NCBI GenBank assembly: GCA_030603565.1
Contig: JAUVXM010000003.1
Span: forward strand, 1,359 to 65,358
From: Candidatus Aminicenantes bacterium
GTDB lineage: Bacteria; Acidobacteriota; Aminicenantia; Aminicenantales; Aminicenantaceae
DNA: 64,000 nucleotides
Direction: 5' to 3'
Shown: positions 1 to 9,225 of the stretch, in pieces
How positions within the stretch are numbered: position 1 is the first letter of the stretch
Layout: every line of letters begins with the position of its first letter
Position numbers and translations under genes: made by a program
The notes under the pieces: generated by a model
Database searches by the model: none
The model's input: the letters and a program-made list of their open reading frames with translations, nothing else
Told to the model about the DNA's origin: nothing

Positions 1-1543
1 TTGACGGGAATTGCTCCAATCCCTGTTCCAGGATTTCCAGGGCTTCTTGTATACGTCCGGTCTCTGAATAGATCCCGGCTAAACGCTTGTAGGCCATATC
101 TATCTTATTATTTTCTGCTAAGATTTTTCGGAGAATGTTGATCGCAACTTCAGTTTTACCCGCTTTATACGTGTTCCAGGCATCCTGGGTTTTGTAATAT
201 ATGGGAAGAAGGACTTTAACATCATCCGCTTTGGTGAATTCTTTGTTGCTTGCCACATGAGAGCCGGAAAGATATCCCAAACTTTGCAGTTTTTCCAAGG
301 CCTTACGGTCAAATTTATATTTTGCTTTTGTATTTTCGGGGGCAGAAAAATCTTTGATAACCCGTTCCAGGGAATCTTTATATATTCTTATTTGGGCCGG
401 CTGAAATAAGTTGATCTTTTCATTAAAATCGGCTTTCAGATCATAAAGCTCATAAATGGGTGAATCAATGAATTTTTCATCTCCTCTAATAAATCCGACC
501 AAAGGCGCCCAGCCCCGGTTATAATAAGGATAAAGGGATTCAAAATAAACCGGTCTTGTTTTTAGTTTCTTGCCTTTCATGGCAGGCAGGAGTGATTCCC
601 CCTGCAGAAATGCAGGTTTTTTTAGTTTTAGGATCTCACAGATGGTTGGAAATATGTCTATATGCGAGACTGTTTGGGTATTAATTCGAGGTTTTAATTC
701 CGGAGCTGAGATAATCAGCGGAATCCATATGGTGGAGTTATAGGCAAAAAAAGCATGGGTTTCTTCCCCGTGATCACCCAAGGATTCACCGTGGTCTCCG
801 GTAAAAATAATTGCGGTATTTTCAATCAGGTTCTGACTCTCCAAGTATTTAAACAATATCCCCATTTCCTGATCGACATATGCTACTTCACCGTTATAAG
901 GAGTTTTGGCGAAGCGTGTTTTAAAGGGCTCCGGGGGATCATAAGGCACATGGGGATCAAAGCAGTGGATCCAGGCGAACCAGGGAGAGGTCTGCCCGCC
1001 TATCCAATCGACAGCATGGTTAATGACTTTTTCAGCTCTTCTTTCCGGGGAATAAAAATTGCCTTCATGCTGGCGCCTGTATTCATCATCATAGGTCGAA
1101 AAACCCTGAGCCAGGCCAAATCTTGAATCCAACGGATAAGCCCCGACAAAGGCTCCGGTAGCGTATCCCTGTTCCGCAAGATATTCCGCTAGAGTCACCA
1201 TTTCCTCCCGGATGATGAAGCTAAAGTTGTCATGCACCCCATGGTAAAGCGGTGTGGTCCCTAATAAAATATTGGCATGTGAAGGTAGAGTCGTAGAGTT
1301 GTGGGCAAAAGCTCGTTTAAATATGGTTCCCCGTGCAGCCAGGGCATCGATATGAGGAGTCTTTAAAAAATCGGGATTGTAGCAGCTCAACCGATCGGCC
1401 CTGAGCGTATCAATGGTAATAAGCAGCAGATTTGTCCCGTTCTTTTTTAAAGCTTTGCCGGGATAATCTGAAGCTACGTAAAAATTCCGGCTAAAAAGAA
1501 AAACAACAAACAAGCACAAGAAGATAGTGAGATTTTTTTTCAT
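1..1543 (-). CDS. Sulfatase-like hydrolase/transferase (alkaline-phosphatase superfamily) with C-terminal TPR repeats; membrane-anchored; C-terminus runs off the window
   Basis: Minus-strand translation from ATG 1543 (GGAG RBS upstream) gives MKKNLTIFLCLFVVFLF... (signal anchor), then LLLITIDTLRADRLSCYNPD, TLPSHANILLGTTP, IIFTGDHGESLGDHGE. The C-terminal part is TPR-like. Paralogue of the gene at 61446..63761. Confidence 0.75.
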   Translation of the reverse strand, partial: MKKNLTIFLCLFVVFLFSRNFYVASDYPGKALKKNGTNLLLITIDTLRADRLSCYNPDFLKTPHIDALAARGTIFKRAFAHNSTTLPSHANILLGTTPLYHGVHDNFSFIIREEMVTLAEYLAEQGYATGAFVGAYPLDSRFGLAQGFSTYDDEYRRQHEGNFYSPERRAEKVINHAVDWIGGQTSPWFAWIHCFDPHVPYDPPEPFKTRFAKTPYNGEVAYVDQEMGILFKYLESQNLIENTAIIFTGDHGESLGDHGEETHAFFAYNSTIWIPLIISAPELKPRINTQTVSHIDIFPTICEILKLKKPAFLQGESLLPAMKGKKLKTRPVYFESLYPYYNRGWAPLVGFIRGDEKFIDSPIYELYDLKADFNEKINLFQPAQIRIYKDSLERVIKDFSAPENTKAKYKFDRKALEKLQSLGYLSGSHVASNKEFTKADDVKVLLPIYYKTQDAWNTYKAGKTEVAINILRKILAENNKIDMAYKRLAGIYSETGRIQEALEILEQGLEQFPS

Positions 1544-1644
1544 CTCCGGCTCCTGTTTTTCCGAAGTTACAAATAAAAATCTCCCCCAACTTCTCCCTCC
1601 ATATAATTAGACGTGTTTAGCGCAGTAATTCTTCCCTTTTTTTA

Positions 1645-1786
1645 CCTGAACTATTCATAAAAGATGTCGATATGTATGATACATCTTTTCAAATCAACAT
1701 TTTACCCTGATTCCTATATAGATTCAATTGACCACTTCGTTTTCGATATAATCTATATTTATAATCGACATTTTTTGCTCTTAATA
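1645..1786. repeat. MITE-like repeat copy: left terminal inverted repeat (TIR) intact, right TIR degenerate
   Basis: cctgaactattcataaaagatgtcgatatgtatgatacatctttt ... ataatcgacatttttt. Shares TIR and internal blocks with copies at 43277, 45524 and 57199. Confidence 0.6.
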
Positions 1787-1945
1787 CGTTTTATACAGGC
1801 CAATTCTATGAAACTCTCTATTTCCTGCTGACTTCTTGTTGACAGTATATGTTTGCTCTGTGTATCATTGTAAATAAAGCAGCTCAATGGGCTGATGTTA
1901 ACCACATTTGAGGGTTTTTCAGATGAAATTCTTTGAGACGAACTT

Positions 1946-3140
1946 ATGGAAAAAGAAGCCAAAGCAAGGATAAGAATCAATGGCCTCCTTCAGCGTGCAG
2001 GGTGGCGGTTTTTTGATAATGAAAACGGCCCGGCAAATATTGCCCTGGAAATAAATGCCAAAATAAAGAAGAAAGTTCTTGACCAGTTTGGTGATGATTT
2101 TGAAAAAACCGTTGACGGATTTGTTGATTATCTCTTGCTTGACAGTAAAGGCTTCCCCTGTGCGGTACTTGAAGCAAAATCCGAAAAATTAGACCCATTG
2201 GTTGGCAAAGAACAAGCCCGCAAGTACGCTAAATCGTTAAATGTTCGCTTTATAATTCTTTCCAATGGAAACCTCCATTATTTTTGGGACTTAGAGCATG
2301 GTAATCCATCCATTATAACCGACTTTCCTTTTTTCTCCCACCGATTTCATACAGATCAAGGGCCGCGGCACACGGAGATATACCTTTCAATATAAAACCA
2401 AAGAGGGCAGCCGCATAGAGGAGTACAGGGACGAAAAGGGAACCTTCAAACTCTTCGATTTCTTTGCCACCTGCGAATATTTTGAGGAGAAATTCAATTA
2501 CGACGAAGTGCTGGAACTGCCACCAACTCAAGCGGGCACAGGTGATGGCAGCGGCATCAGCATTGATGAATTCGAGAGCATCAAACCGGACCCCTTATCG
2601 TCTTATATAGAGTCTCGAGTAGGCTATCATGGAATGAAGATCGACAGGAAATTTTACGATCAATTCGAGGAAACCGTCAAAAAAGATGATACGGTTCGCG
2701 AGCACTATGAGCGCGGTAATATCAAAGCAGCCGAGGAATACATCAGGGACAACCTCTTTGATAAACCTGAAGAATTCTTCAATTTGGAGAAACTGCGAAA
2801 GTCGGTCCAGCTCGATCGCCGGCTCTGGTTGTGGGAGATTATTGAAAAGGCATTTGGAGGCATTGACCGGTTTAAGTCCAAAGATGAACTGCTTGACGAG
2901 GAATTAGATAAATTTGTATCCATTCACAGGCCTGATGCTTCTCATATTTCCCGGATCAGGGATTTTTTCAAAGCTTATATTACGGACAGTGAAATCCGTG
3001 ACATTATAGAGAATAAACAATACAATCGCCTTGCCACCAATCCCAAGGTAACTATTGCCGATCTTAAGGACCTTGAAGAGTGGCGGAATATAATACCTGA
3101 ATATGTAAAGGACTATGTTTCTCTAAACACATTTTTGTAA
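1946..3140 (+). pseudogene. hsdR: Type I restriction enzyme R subunit (hsdR) remnant: HSDR_N nuclease domain joined by an internal deletion and frameshift to helicase motif VI plus C-terminal domain; motor core missing
   Basis: ORF 1946..2395 is an HSDR_N / PD-(D/E)xK domain (VDYLLLDSKGFPCAVLEAKSEK). The frame switches near 2320 to ...DFIQIKGRGTRR (SF2 motif VI, QxxGRxxR) with no DEAD-box or motifs I-V before it. The 2508..3140 ORF resembles an R-subunit C-terminal region. About 600 aa of ATPase core are absent. Confidence 0.7.
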
Positions 3141-3180
3141 AATATAGAAAATATCTGTATGTGATAAATGAGGATAACTG

Positions 3181-3755
3181 ATGGATAAAAAAGGTGTTAT
3201 GATTCCTGTTGAGAGAATTAAGCAGTTGATTGTGTTCATCCGCGGTCAGAAAGTTATGTTGGATCGGGATCTTGCAGAACTTTATGGCATAGAAACAAAG
3301 GTTTTGAAGCAAGCAGTACGGAGAAACATAAAACGTTTCCCTGACGATTTTATGTTTGAGTTAACGAAAGAAGAATTTGAAAATTGGAGGTCACAATTTG
3401 TGACCTCCAATAGGGACAAGATGGGTTTAAGATATAAACCTATGGCTTTCACCGAGCAAGGTGTAGCCATTCTTTCAAGCGTTTTGAGAAGTGAGAGGGC
3501 AATAGAAGTCAACATTGCCATAATGCTGCCTTCGTGCAACTCCGCGAAATGCTGGCTTCTAACGTGGAGCTTGCCAGTAAGCTGAAACAAATGGAAAAGA
3601 AATATGATGAACAGTTTAAGATCGTCTTTGAAGCTATTCGCCAACTTATGACGCCGCCAGAGAAGCCACGCAAGAAGATTGGGTTTGTGGTAAAGGAAAA
3701 GCAAGCTGCCTATGGCCGTCGAGGCATAAAACGCAAAAAGGCTGACCATGCTTGA
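3181..3755 (+). pseudogene. ORF6N-domain DNA-binding protein disrupted by a 1-nt frameshift near 3520
   Basis: N-terminal part [53 protein letters not shown] is the ORF6N signature. The reading ...AIM breaks, and the +1 frame continues (R)[35 protein letters not shown] (ORF 3534..3755). One missing base near gccataatgc-tgcc restores a single ORF. Confidence 0.65.
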
Positions 3756-6285
3756 TAACGGAACAAAAAAGCGGATAGATTCCGCGCGTGACATCCTTGT
3801 GGGTAAGGTTCCCGACCCAAAATCACAGGTAGAACAGATAACCATCGCCATGATCTACAAGTTCATGGACGACATGGACAATCAAACCGAAGAACTCGGA
3901 GGCAAGGCCACCTTTTTTGCGGGCGAATTCAAACAATACGCCTGGAGCCGCCTGCTGGACCGCAAATTCAGCGGTCACCAACGTCTTCTCCTTTATGCTG
4001 AGGGCATAGAGAAGATGAATATAAACGAAAACATCCCCCAGCTTTTCAGGGATATTTTTAAAGGAACGTTTCTTCCTTACAGGGACCCGGAAACACTAAA
4101 TCTCTTTCTGAAGGAGATAAACGGCTTTGCCTATGACCACAGCGAACGCCTGGGGGATGCTTTTGAGTATTTGCTTTCCGTTCTGAGCAGTCAGGGCGAT
4201 GCGGGGCAGTTTCGCACCCCACGTTATATCATTGATTTCATAGTTGAAATTGTAAATCCAGCCAAAGAGGACACTGTTCTTGATCCTGCATGCGGCACTG
4301 CCGGATTCCTGATCTCATCATACAAACACATCCTTCGCCAAAACACCAACCTGTCTACGTGCGGGCACGCACAGGCAGGAGACCACCCCGGCGACCTCCT
4401 GACCACCGATGATAAAGGCAGGCTTATGACCAATTTCTGCGGCTATGATATCTCCCCTGACATGGTGCGTCTGTCCCTGGTCAACATGTATCTGCACAGT
4501 TTTGCCAATCCATCAATTTATGAATACGATACACTTACCAGTGAAGACCGCTGGGACGAGCGTTATGATGTGATCATGGCCAATCCGCCATTTATGTCGC
4601 CCAAAGGGGGCATCCGGCCCCATTCCCGTTTCAGCATAAAGGCCAAACGGAGCGAAGTTCTTTTTGTGGACTACATCGCCGAACACCTCAATGTTCACGG
4701 CAGGGCCGGCGTCATTGTTCCTGAAGGGATCATCTTCCAGTCCCAGAATGCCTATAAGAATCTGCGCAGAATGTTGATTGATGAAGGCTACTTGTATGCG
4801 GTTATCTCCCTGCCTGCCGGGGTCTTTCAGCCATATTCGGGCGTAAAAACCAGCATCTTGATCATGGATAAAACCCTGGCAAAGAAGACCACTGAAATTC
4901 TTTTCGTAAAAATAGCAAACGACGGCTTTGACCTCGGAGCACAGCGTCGCCCCATTGAAAAGAACGACCTGCCCCAGGCCCTTGAGGTTGTCAAGGGCTG
5001 GAAGCAGGCAATCGGCGAAGGTAAAGGCTTTGAGTTTAACGAGGACGACAAGACAATCGCGCATACTGTCAGAAAAGAGAAAATTGCCGAGTCTGGCGAT
5101 TACAACCTCTCCGGGGACAGGTATAAAGAGGTTATGAGTTACGCCAATGTCAAGTGGCCGATGGTGGAGTTGGGGGATAAAAGCCTCTTTCAAATTGAAT
5201 CAGGCGGCACTCCAAGTTCCAACAAATCAGAATATTGGGATGGCGATATTAGATGGATAACATTGGTTGATTTACCCAAAGAAAATTTTATAACTTATAT
5301 TTCTGATACCAAAAGAAAGATTACAGAATTGGGATTAAGCAATTCATCTGCAAAGCTTCTGCCCAATAAAACTGTTTTGGTGTCGTCTCGTGCTACTATA
5401 GGCAGAATTGCTATTTCCCAAACAGAACTTGCGACAAATCAGGGATTCAAGAATGTAATCATTAAAGATTTCAGCAAGGTTAATGAAAAATATTTAGCGT
5501 GCATGCTTATGCGATTAGTTCCACAGATGGAGCAAATGGGAACTGGTGGCACATACAAAGAGATATCAAGAGCAAGCTTTTCAACTCTACGTATCCCCCT
5601 CCCACCCCTGGAAGTTCAGGAGAAGATTGTCGCGGAACTGGACGGTTATCAGGAAATCATTGATGGCGCAAAACAGATTGTCGAAAACTACAAACCCACA
5701 ATCAAAATCGACCCCGACTGGCCGTTGGTGGGGTTGGGGGAGGTGTGTGATATTAAGTCAGGCGGAACACCAAAAAAAGATGTTGATGACTATTGGGAAA
5801 ATGGTGAAATTCCTTGGCTTGGCTCTGGAGTCTGCAAAGATAATATTGTTTCTGAAAGTTCAGATTTTATAACTGAAACTGGTTTTAATAACTCCTCAGC
5901 TAAGAAATTGACCCCAAAAACTACATTAATCGCATTAGTTGGTGCTACGATAGGAAAAACAGCATTTCTTACTTTTGAAGCAACTACAAACCAAAATATT
6001 GCAGGCCTATATCCATTGAATACCAATGAATTACTTCCCGAGTTTCTATTTTATATTTCGCAAAGCCTATATTCAGAATTTATTAGTTTGGGGTCTGGAA
6101 AATTTAGAATGGCAAATCTAAGTTTCATAAGGGGATTGAAAATTCCCCTCCCACCCCTAAAAACTCAGGAAAAAATCGTTGCTGAAATCGAATCTGAGCG
6201 TGAGCTTGTGGAGGCGAATAAGAGGTTGATCGAGATTTTTGAGAAAAAGATAAAGGACAAAATCGGTGAAATCTGGGGGCAATAA
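3748..6285 (+). CDS. Fused type I RM methyltransferase-specificity protein (HsdM gamma-class N6-adenine methyltransferase domain plus HsdS with two target-recognition domains) in one 845-aa polypeptide
   Basis: [11 protein letters not shown] (motif X), [12 protein letters not shown] (motif I), IMANPPF (motif IV NPPF). From about aa 470 there are two target-recognition domains, each ending in the HsdS conserved repeat [17 protein letters not shown] / [17 protein letters not shown]. Start ATG overlaps the upstream ORF6N stop (ATGCTTGA). Confidence 0.85.
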   Translation: MLDNGTKKRIDSARDILVGKVPDPKSQVEQITIAMIYKFMDDMDNQTEELGGKATFFAGEFKQYAWSRLLDRKFSGHQRLLLYAEGIEKMNINENIPQLFRDIFKGTFLPYRDPETLNLFLKEINGFAYDHSERLGDAFEYLLSVLSSQGDAGQFRTPRYIIDFIVEIVNPAKEDTVLDPACGTAGFLISSYKHILRQNTNLSTCGHAQAGDHPGDLLTTDDKGRLMTNFCGYDISPDMVRLSLVNMYLHSFANPSIYEYDTLTSEDRWDERYDVIMANPPFMSPKGGIRPHSRFSIKAKRSEVLFVDYIAEHLNVHGRAGVIVPEGIIFQSQNAYKNLRRMLIDEGYLYAVISLPAGVFQPYSGVKTSILIMDKTLAKKTTEILFVKIANDGFDLGAQRRPIEKNDLPQALEVVKGWKQAIGEGKGFEFNEDDKTIAHTVRKEKIAESGDYNLSGDRYKEVMSYANVKWPMVELGDKSLFQIESGGTPSSNKSEYWDGDIRWITLVDLPKENFITYISDTKRKITELGLSNSSAKLLPNKTVLVSSRATIGRIAISQTELATNQGFKNVIIKDFSKVNEKYLACMLMRLVPQMEQMGTGGTYKEISRASFSTLRIPLPPLEVQEKIVAELDGYQEIIDGAKQIVENYKPTIKIDPDWPLVGLGEVCDIKSGGTPKKDVDDYWENGEIPWLGSGVCKDNIVSESSDFITETGFNNSSAKKLTPKTTLIALVGATIGKTAFLTFEATTNQNIAGLYPLNTNELLPEFLFYISQSLYSEFISLGSGKFRMANLSFIRGLKIPLPPLKTQEKIVAEIESERELVEANKRLIEIFEKKIKDKIGEIWGQ

Positions 6286-6297
6286 TAAGGAGCATTC

Positions 6298-6660
6298 ATG
6301 AGTGAAAATGGAGTTATTCCAGGTGATCAGATTAAAAGCATTATCTTCCTGATACGCGGTCAAAAGGTCATGTTAAGCCCTCACCTGGCGGAGCTGTATA
6401 ATATTGAACCGCGCGTTCTGGTTCAGGCAGTAAAGCGAAATATCGAGAGATTCCCAGAGGATTTCATGTTTCAGTTGACAGACGATGAGTTTTTAAACTT
6501 GAAATCACAAATTGTGATTTCAAGTTGGGGTGGCTCTCGCAGGGCAAAACCCTATGCCTTCACTGAACAGGGTGTTGCGATGCTTCCATTGGGTTTTATA
6601 GTAAAGGAAAAGAAGGCTGCCTATGGCAAAAAAGAGGGCAGAGGAAAAGAAAAACCATGA
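6298..6660 (+). CDS. ORF6N-domain protein, shortened paralogue (central coiled-coil segment deleted)
   Basis: [57 protein letters not shown] then directly [16 protein letters not shown]. Same N- and C-terminal blocks as 3181..3755 but about 50 aa shorter. Overlaps the radC start. Confidence 0.55.
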   Translation: MSENGVIPGDQIKSIIFLIRGQKVMLSPHLAELYNIEPRVLVQAVKRNIERFPEDFMFQLTDDEFLNLKSQIVISSWGGSRRAKPYAFTEQGVAMLPLGFIVKEKKAAYGKKEGRGKEKP

Positions 6661-7319
6661 AAACCATTAAAGACATGCCCGAACACAGCCGGCCCCGTGA
6701 GAAGCTGCGGGAAAAAGGCGCGTCTGCTCTGACCGACAAGGAACTGGTAGCCGCCATCCTTGGCCGTGGCATTGAAGGCGTGGATATTGTTACAATGTCC
6801 AGGAACGTCGCACGGCTGATACGAAAACATAAAGAGAACCTTTCTGTTGAGCATCTTACGTCTGTGCCGGGGATGGGGCTTGCCAAGGCCGCTCAGATAC
6901 TCTCGGCCTTTGAATTGGCAAGGAGATACCTGCTCAAAGAGACCGTAAAAATCACCAGCGCCAAGGATATCTTGCCCTTGGTTGCCGACATTGCCGATAA
7001 AAAACAAGAATATTTTGTGTGCATATCCTTAAACGGAGCCAACGAGCTCATTGAAAAGCGTATTGTCACCATCGGCCTTGTGAACAGCAGCCAGATTCAT
7101 CCGCGTGAAGTCTTTGCCGATGTCATCGCAGACCGTGCCGCTTCCGTCATCTTTGCCCATAACCATCCATCCGGCGACCCAAAACCAAGCGAAAGCGACG
7201 CAAAAACCCACAGGCAGCTTACAGAAGCCGGAAATATCCTCGGCCTTCGGATTCTCGATCACATAATAGTAACTAAAAAAGGATACTTCAGCTTCCAGGA
7301 AGCCGGATTGATTAGTTAA
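6657..7319 (+). CDS. radC: RadC-like JAB-domain protein
   Basis: N-terminal helix-hairpin-helix region ([10 protein letters not shown]..), JAB metal motif [27 protein letters not shown]. Confidence 0.85.
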   Translation: MKTIKDMPEHSRPREKLREKGASALTDKELVAAILGRGIEGVDIVTMSRNVARLIRKHKENLSVEHLTSVPGMGLAKAAQILSAFELARRYLLKETVKITSAKDILPLVADIADKKQEYFVCISLNGANELIEKRIVTIGLVNSSQIHPREVFADVIADRAASVIFAHNHPSGDPKPSESDAKTHRQLTEAGNILGLRILDHIIVTKKGYFSFQEAGLIS

Positions 7320-7476
7320 CGGAAAAAACAAAAGAACAATACAAGGACAAACTCAAACTTCTGAAAAAGGGCCTCCTACAGGATTTGTTAACCAGCAAAA
7401 TGGAGTTTAGGATTTAAGAGACACTAAGCTTGCTTATAGGGGAAAAAAAGGTTAAAATTATACTAACATAACTGAT

Positions 7477-8115
7477 ATGGCATATCCAATTCCAACTCCA
7501 ATTTATCACCTTACTCACATCGATAACTTGACCTCTATTATTCAGTCAGGAGGCTGCTTATCTTTTAACCAGATGCAAAATCAGGGGATTGGTCACATTG
7601 ATATTGCATACGAAACCATTCAAGCCCGCCGTGTACAAACATCAGTTCCATACGGTCCTGGAGGATGTTTACACGACTACGTGCCCTTTTTTTTTGCTCC
7701 ACGTCCCCCAATGCTCTATGCGATCCACGGAGGGAATGTGGAAGGATATGAACAAGGGCAGATCCCTCTCATTTATCTGGTTACAACAGCTCAAACTGTC
7801 AGCAATAGCAGCAGTGAATGGGTTTTTACAGATGGACATGCAACTATGGCATTTTCCGGATTTTTTGACGATCTAAATGACCTTGATGAGATCGACTGGG
7901 AGGTTATGGAGTCGCGATACTGGAATGATACGCCAACTCTGCCCGACAGAAAGCGCAGACGACAAGCAGAGTTTTTAATTAAAGATTGTTGTCCCTGGGA
8001 ATTGTTTTCAGAAATCGGGGTCATAAACTCACGAATGGGATCAAGGGCGGAAAATATTCTCGAAAAAAACAGACATCAACCAATTGTTCAGATACACGGG
8101 AACTGGTATTATTAG
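7477..8115 (+). CDS. darT: DarT ssDNA thymidine ADP-ribosyltransferase toxin (DUF4433)
   Basis: IYHLTHIDNLTSIIQSGGCLS at the N-terminus and RKRRRQAEFLIKDCCPWELFSEIGV at the C-terminus (catalytic Glu in the AEFL motif). Size 212 aa. Immediately followed by a macrodomain gene. Confidence 0.8.
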   Translation: MAYPIPTPIYHLTHIDNLTSIIQSGGCLSFNQMQNQGIGHIDIAYETIQARRVQTSVPYGPGGCLHDYVPFFFAPRPPMLYAIHGGNVEGYEQGQIPLIYLVTTAQTVSNSSSEWVFTDGHATMAFSGFFDDLNDLDEIDWEVMESRYWNDTPTLPDRKRRRQAEFLIKDCCPWELFSEIGVINSRMGSRAENILEKNRHQPIVQIHGNWYY

Positions 8116-8127
8116 AAGGAGGGAATC

Positions 8128-9195
8128 ATGATTAAGCTTACGCAAGGCAACGTTATCGAAGCCGATGTGGAAGCCCTTGTCAATACCGTAAATTGTGTGG
8201 GTATTATGGGCAAGGGTATCGCTCTCCAGTTTAAGCAGGCATTCAGGGATAACTTCCAGGCATACACAAATGCTTGTAGAAAGGAAGAAGTCAAGCCGGG
8301 GCTCATGTTCATCTTCCCTACTCATAGAATGATCAATCCTAAATACATCATTAATTTCCCAACAAAGCGGCACTGGAAGGAAAAATCTAAGCTCGAATAC
8401 ATTGAGCAAGGACTAAACAGTTTGGTCAAGGAAGTCCGCCGGTTAAGAATCAAGGCTATTGCCATACCTCCTTTGGGTTGTGGCTACGGTGGGTTGAAAT
8501 GGCCAGTGGTCCGTAATCTAATCGAAACCTCATTCGATCAATTGCCCGATGTCCAGGTGCTCCTTTTCGAACCTGGAAGAACACCCGAGGCTGAATCAAT
8601 GCCTATAGATTTCACAAAACCATCATTAACGCGTGCCAGGGCTCTTCTCATTAAGCTCCTTGAGCAGTATGCCATACCAGGTTACCGGTTGAGCCTGCTG
8701 GAAATCCAGAAGCTTGCATATTTCCTTCAGGTTGCGGGTGAACCTCTTCGTTTGGAGTATGTCAAACAGAAGTATGGACCTTATGCTGAAAATCTTAATT
8801 TCGTGCTGCAACTATTGGAAGGGCATTACATTCGGGGATATGGGGACCGCAGTGTCAGGGCATCTATCCGCCTTCTCAATAGTGCCGGTGAGGAGGCCAG
8901 TAGGTTTTTGGCAGATAATCAAGAAGCCTTCCAACGCCTCGAGAGAGTGGGGCAACTAATTGAGGGTTTTGAAACGCCCTATGGTATGGAGCTCTTATCA
9001 TCCGTGCATTGGGTTGCAGTGGCCGATGACAAACCAGCTCAAACCGTGGATCAGGCCGTGAATCAGATTTTTGCCTGGAATGCCCACAAAAAAAAGACTT
9101 TCAAAGCCAGTCATGTCCACAAGGCATGGCAGCGTCTTGTTGAGCAAAGCTGGTTGCCAATTTTTTCATCGACCCTTTCTAATCCTTCGCATTGA
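8128..9195 (+). CDS. darG: DarG antitoxin: N-terminal TARG1-like macrodomain (ADP-ribosyl-DNA hydrolase) plus C-terminal DarT-binding domain
   Basis: EADVEALVNTVNCVGIMGKGIALQFKQAF macrodomain signature. 355 aa. RBS AGGAGGG 6 nt upstream; 12 nt downstream of darT. Confidence 0.75.
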   Translation: MIKLTQGNVIEADVEALVNTVNCVGIMGKGIALQFKQAFRDNFQAYTNACRKEEVKPGLMFIFPTHRMINPKYIINFPTKRHWKEKSKLEYIEQGLNSLVKEVRRLRIKAIAIPPLGCGYGGLKWPVVRNLIETSFDQLPDVQVLLFEPGRTPEAESMPIDFTKPSLTRARALLIKLLEQYAIPGYRLSLLEIQKLAYFLQVAGEPLRLEYVKQKYGPYAENLNFVLQLLEGHYIRGYGDRSVRASIRLLNSAGEEASRFLADNQEAFQRLERVGQLIEGFETPYGMELLSSVHWVAVADDKPAQTVDQAVNQIFAWNAHKKKTFKASHVHKAWQRLVEQSWLPIFSSTLSNPSH

Positions 9196-9225
9196 ATATT
9201 AAAATTCGAAGTCCTAGATCAGCGA

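Noticed and set aside
4513-5193. 226-aa antisense ORF inside the HsdM-HsdS gene. Similar long antisense ORFs at 17355..17936, 47990..48424, 54995..55453 and 58439..58981
   Set aside because: These are shadow ORFs fully embedded in well-supported genes on the opposite strand, with no independent signals.
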